From the NCBI GenBank assembly GCA_963741955.1, contig CAVUKB010000009.1, positions 32,001 to 96,000 of the forward strand: DNA of 64,000 nucleotides. Reading direction: 5' to 3'. The notes under the pieces were generated by a model. That model searched no databases. It was not told the origin of the DNA and was given only the letters and a program-made list of their open reading frames with translations. A program made the translations under genes and the position numbers. This document shows positions 61,501-64,000 of the stretch, in pieces. This stretch comes from an uncultured Acidobacteriota bacterium. GTDB lineage: Bacteria; Acidobacteriota; Thermoanaerobaculia; Gp7-AA8. Every line of letters begins with the position of its first letter. The stretch's first letter is position 1.

Positions 61501-63530
61501 ACGGAAACGTCGTGACCTGCACGATATCTCCGTACACCGGCTGCGCTCAGCGCGTCCTCGAGGAGTTCCGCTACCGCGACACGAACGATTTCAATGACCC
61601 GACGAACGCGCGGAAGGGGAAGCTCTGGCAGTCAGTCCGGCACAACTACCTCGACGCGTGGCAGCTCGACGACCCGGTGACCCAGACGTTCGAGTACCGC
61701 GGTGACCAGGGGCGACCCTCCTACCGAAAGACGGAGACGCCGTACGAATCCTTCAGCCAGAGCTTCGCCTGGAACGACCTCGGCCAGCCGGTCTCCGTGG
61801 ATTACCCCCGCTGCCTCCACGCCGGCTGCTCGGGCCGCGATGCGGCACGGAGCGTACCGCTCACCTACGAGTCGGGTTATCTGAAGAGCGTCGGGGGCTG
61901 GGCCAGCTCGATCACGTATCATTGGAACGGACTCCCGTACTACGTGACGCACCAGAACGGCGTGCAGTGGAAAGAAGACCGCCGTCCGGATGGAATGCCG
62001 ATGCCTTACCAGATCACCACGATCGGCGGGATCCCCTCGGGGTCGAACTACTCGAGCGGCGTCTACGCCTTCGATGGAGCGGGCGACATCAAGTCCATCG
62101 GGTCGGACCACTTCCTCTACGACAAGGTGGGGCGGCTCACCGAGTCGACGGCGGCGCAGTTCGCGCCGGGCGTCACCAAACAATATGCGTACGATCCGTT
62201 CGGGAACCTCGTCACCACCACGACGAAGCAGAGCGGGCATGCGGACGAGGTCTTCTCGACTCCGGTGTCCGGGAAGACGAACCATCTGTCGGGCGCGAGC
62301 TACGACGCGGCGGGAAACCAGCTCGGGTGGATCACGCGCTCGATGAAATACGACGCGTTCGGGCAGGTGGTGCAACTGCTCGACACGTACATGAATCAGG
62401 CGTACATCTACACGGCGGAGGGGGAGCGGCTCGCGACGTACGACGCGATGACGAACCGGACGAGCTGGAAGATCCGGGACCTCGGCGGGCGGGTGCTGCG
62501 GGAGTTCCTGAACGCACCGGTGAACGGGGTCGCGAACTGGAGCTGGAAGGAGGACTGGATCTGGCGCGGCTCGGTTCTGCTCGGGGCGGCGACCCCGCAG
62601 GGGAACCGGCATTTCGACGTCGACCACCTCGGGTCGGTGCGTCTGATCACCGACGACGCGAAGAACGTCCTCTCCCGTCACCAGTACTGGGCGTACGGCG
62701 AGGAGGCGACGTCCGGCAGCCAGGACGCGGAGGTGATGAAGTTCGCGGGCCAGGAGCGGGATTTCGGAACATACTATCCGGACGGCATCGACTACATGCA
62801 CGCGCGATACTATGACGACCGGCTCTCGCGCTTCACCACGATGGACCCGCTCGGCGGCAGCCCTGGCGCTCCGCAGAGCTGGAACCGGTACGGGTACGTG
62901 CTGGGCAGCCCGGTGACCCTGGTGGATCCGTACGGGTGGGCACCGGCGGAAGGTAGCAACGTTGTCGATCAGAACGGCGATGAGTGTCCCGATGGCTCGA
63001 TCGGCCAATGCTGGACGGTGAACGGGAGTGAAAATAACCCGTCCTACCAGGGCAGCTTCTGGTGGGATCGCTGGACGGATCACGGCATCTTCCAGTCGGG
63101 CTTGGGAAGAAGCTTCGAAGCGGGCTTTCGAAGATACAGCCTGCGTGTGGACGCCCGCCGAGGCGACGAGCTCGCGATGGCAATGCTCGGAATGCAGCCG
63201 CAGGGTCTCGACGAAGACTATGCTACGGAATATCTGCTCGTCGCGCCGCTCATTGGTTACCTTCAAAACGTCGCGGTTTCAGAAACGGTCTCCGTTACGC
63301 GGTGGGGTCGCGGCGGCTTGGAGTCCGGAGACTGGGTCATGCAGGGTCCGCGAACTCCTTGGAACTACTTTCGTAGTGTCAAGTGGCAGCCAGGGCTGGG
63401 TAACGAGTTTGCCGGATATGGGACTGGTGAGACGTTCACCGTGCCCGCGTCCACTATACGGTGGCCATCGGGCTCGGGGCTGGATGGCTTGTGGAAGGGT
63501 TTATTCGGACAACGCATCTATTGGCCATAA
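58527..63530 (+). CDS. RHS/YD-repeat protein with Sec signal peptide and C-terminal putative toxin domain
   Basis: YD repeats (YDALGR, YDPFGR), core DHLGSVR...FAGQERD...ARYY...PQSWNRYGYVLGSPVTLVDPYG. Confidence 0.93.
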   Translation: MKKSSLLLLALLAFAVALHAQQHPNVQQGFKANNAFSSFGPDSVNEFNGNLVITIPIGQSYPLSENFSYAITLTYNSNVWDFVTRDYTYTQALPCVRCNAGFGWLVSLGRIVKPGDVLNNTNGWHLIDPSGAWHEFKYGTLHGEAASGSLWYTRDSTYMRMDASSVTNDVEMPDGTIEHYDENARLSEIRDRSGNWVRIAYDNTDITMATLWTITDSAGRTHYVHFELEPWETSGWKYMVSEIDLAGPRNSRAKYPFAYQATGGYVARHRDDNDPLTSANIQVPYLAQVSLPESSAGSYRFSYLGSNGGNLVCTPDVAACTAETPYCTTEGQTGCRLNAPYHDPEGSIRTMTLPTGGSLEYTYEMYTFGGDEPGNITHPDGVGWRIARDAAGQEIGRWRYSQALTGHASGGLFIPTQSLTTVTDPQGNEQLYYFCAKQGDYGMPYTPDIPDGEGRYLSTEAKTCDTCPPKRQTFVRYESDSATYNHSLADEKTIYKDDPANCTTNCRYSSVSQSRNDGFGHYRQTTTGGNFAGNNIVTKVTDYNPGSPDYAWNQVFTKPADSTPWIVGTFDRTTVSDGTHTLRRDFCFDANGLLSRVRNVKDTSLNPGTSANDTLVLTLRDALGNPATIQFFGGDNTPMWSGDACTGSSLGESQEYETWQYGVLKRVELVDRFTQSATGVYPVDRDIDPSTGLVLVSRDVAGVKTEFGYDALGRVTFIHPRDDGWTKITYTAASGTTLARVTTATYANGATSGTVLSQSWKEYDPFGRLLRESWPVPNNSWWTTRTYAMNASGWVTSVTEANPGASGSSLTTYGNFDMFGRPGTVTPPDGAAHNVSFTYAGISSVVATRTIATTRSSVGTILEYPAATTTWFDRFGRIAQVTEPSGTAGSNVTTTYGYDVGGHLASVCINSGGCQTRTFYYDGRGDLINETEPELGPSGFGMTAFLSYDARGNPSRSITGSSGGPFDLWTSYDGLGRVSQIRETRYTKFDSNGNVVTCTISPYTGCAQRVLEEFRYRDTNDFNDPTNARKGKLWQSVRHNYLDAWQLDDPVTQTFEYRGDQGRPSYRKTETPYESFSQSFAWNDLGQPVSVDYPRCLHAGCSGRDAARSVPLTYESGYLKSVGGWASSITYHWNGLPYYVTHQNGVQWKEDRRPDGMPMPYQITTIGGIPSGSNYSSGVYAFDGAGDIKSIGSDHFLYDKVGRLTESTAAQFAPGVTKQYAYDPFGNLVTTTTKQSGHADEVFSTPVSGKTNHLSGASYDAAGNQLGWITRSMKYDAFGQVVQLLDTYMNQAYIYTAEGERLATYDAMTNRTSWKIRDLGGRVLREFLNAPVNGVANWSWKEDWIWRGSVLLGAATPQGNRHFDVDHLGSVRLITDDAKNVLSRHQYWAYGEEATSGSQDAEVMKFAGQERDFGTYYPDGIDYMHARYYDDRLSRFTTMDPLGGSPGAPQSWNRYGYVLGSPVTLVDPYGWAPAEGSNVVDQNGDECPDGSIGQCWTVNGSENNPSYQGSFWWDRWTDHGIFQSGLGRSFEAGFRRYSLRVDARRGDELAMAMLGMQPQGLDEDYATEYLLVAPLIGYLQNVAVSETVSVTRWGRGGLESGDWVMQGPRTPWNYFRSVKWQPGLGNEFAGYGTGETFTVPASTIRWPSGSGLDGLWKGLFGQRIYWP

Positions 63531-63624
63531 TTGGGGAGACGAAGCTCGCGAATGGCCTGAGTCTCCGTCCCGACAATGTGGTGCGGGTCGGCTTGGGTCT
63601 GCGGACTACAGAGGGAGAGTAAAG

Positions 63625-64000
63625 GTGACAAAGTTGACAAACGAAATACGGCCGTACGATTTGCCGATCTGGCGGCGATCGTTTCGCGCTGAATCGCCAG
63701 ATGGCCGTCATAGTGCAGTAATCGATCCAGCATTGGAGATCTCCATGGGTAATCCAACCTCTGGCATTCTGTGCCTTTCGGCCGATCTCCATCTTGAAAG
63801 ATGTAATCCAAGTTTCCGGTGGTCCGACGATTCCCGCTTCTTGGCCGTGCCGCAATTCCAAACGGGGTTTCTGGGTGCCTTACGCCGGCAGCGTCTTCTC
63901 GTGATCGATGTAGTTGAACGGAGGGTCTACGCCTCGAGACTCCAAGCATCTTACTTCCAGCCGGAAGTCTTTCGCGCGGGAGATCTACTTGTCACGATAG
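63625..64000 (+). CDS. Candidate immunity protein, 3' end outside window
   Basis: Not in ORF track. Open frame from GTG 63625: VTKLTNEIRPYDLPIWRRSF...EISMGNPTSG...CNPSFRWSDDSRFLAVPQF...; lower GC, directly downstream of Rhs. Confidence 0.65.
   Translation, partial: MTKLTNEIRPYDLPIWRRSFRAESPDGRHSAVIDPALEISMGNPTSGILCLSADLHLERCNPSFRWSDDSRFLAVPQFQTGFLGALRRQRLLVIDVVERRVYASRLQASYFQPEVFRAGDLLVTI

Overview
GC-rich bacterial chromosome segment. The gene repertoire (VWA-Acidobacteria-type protein, signal-peptide Rhs, stand-alone AraC HTH) suggests Acidobacteriota/Thermoanaerobaculia; this is an inference. Housekeeping content: a sulfate-activation cluster (cysC-cysD-cysN, SLC13 permease, cysQ), a CapD-type sugar dehydratase, tRNA-Pro(CGG), gpmI-argS, murQ-nagA-nagB, tal-pgi-gnd and PFOR. 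Three less ordinary systems stand out. (1) A REP-associated HUH/Y1 transposase (RAYT-like) sits among its own palindromes, with at least 5 distinct REP/REPIN families, three amplified into tandem arrays (48 bp, ~203 bp, ~209 bp units); most share a GTGG foot and/or a TCC-type loop. (2) An anaerobic module contains a Cys-bearing Crp/Fnr regulator, an 11-heme CbcL-like and a 7-heme ImcH-like cytochrome and PFOR, with TGTGAC-N4-GTCACA boxes in front of most units. (3) A stand-alone AraC HTH / secreted partner / Sec-signal Rhs toxin / candidate immunity cassette closes the window. Also present are a RomR-like polarity regulator, a fungal-Egt1-like sulfoxide synthase and heptamer microsatellites after stop codons. 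All calls come from reading motifs by eye; no database searches were run.
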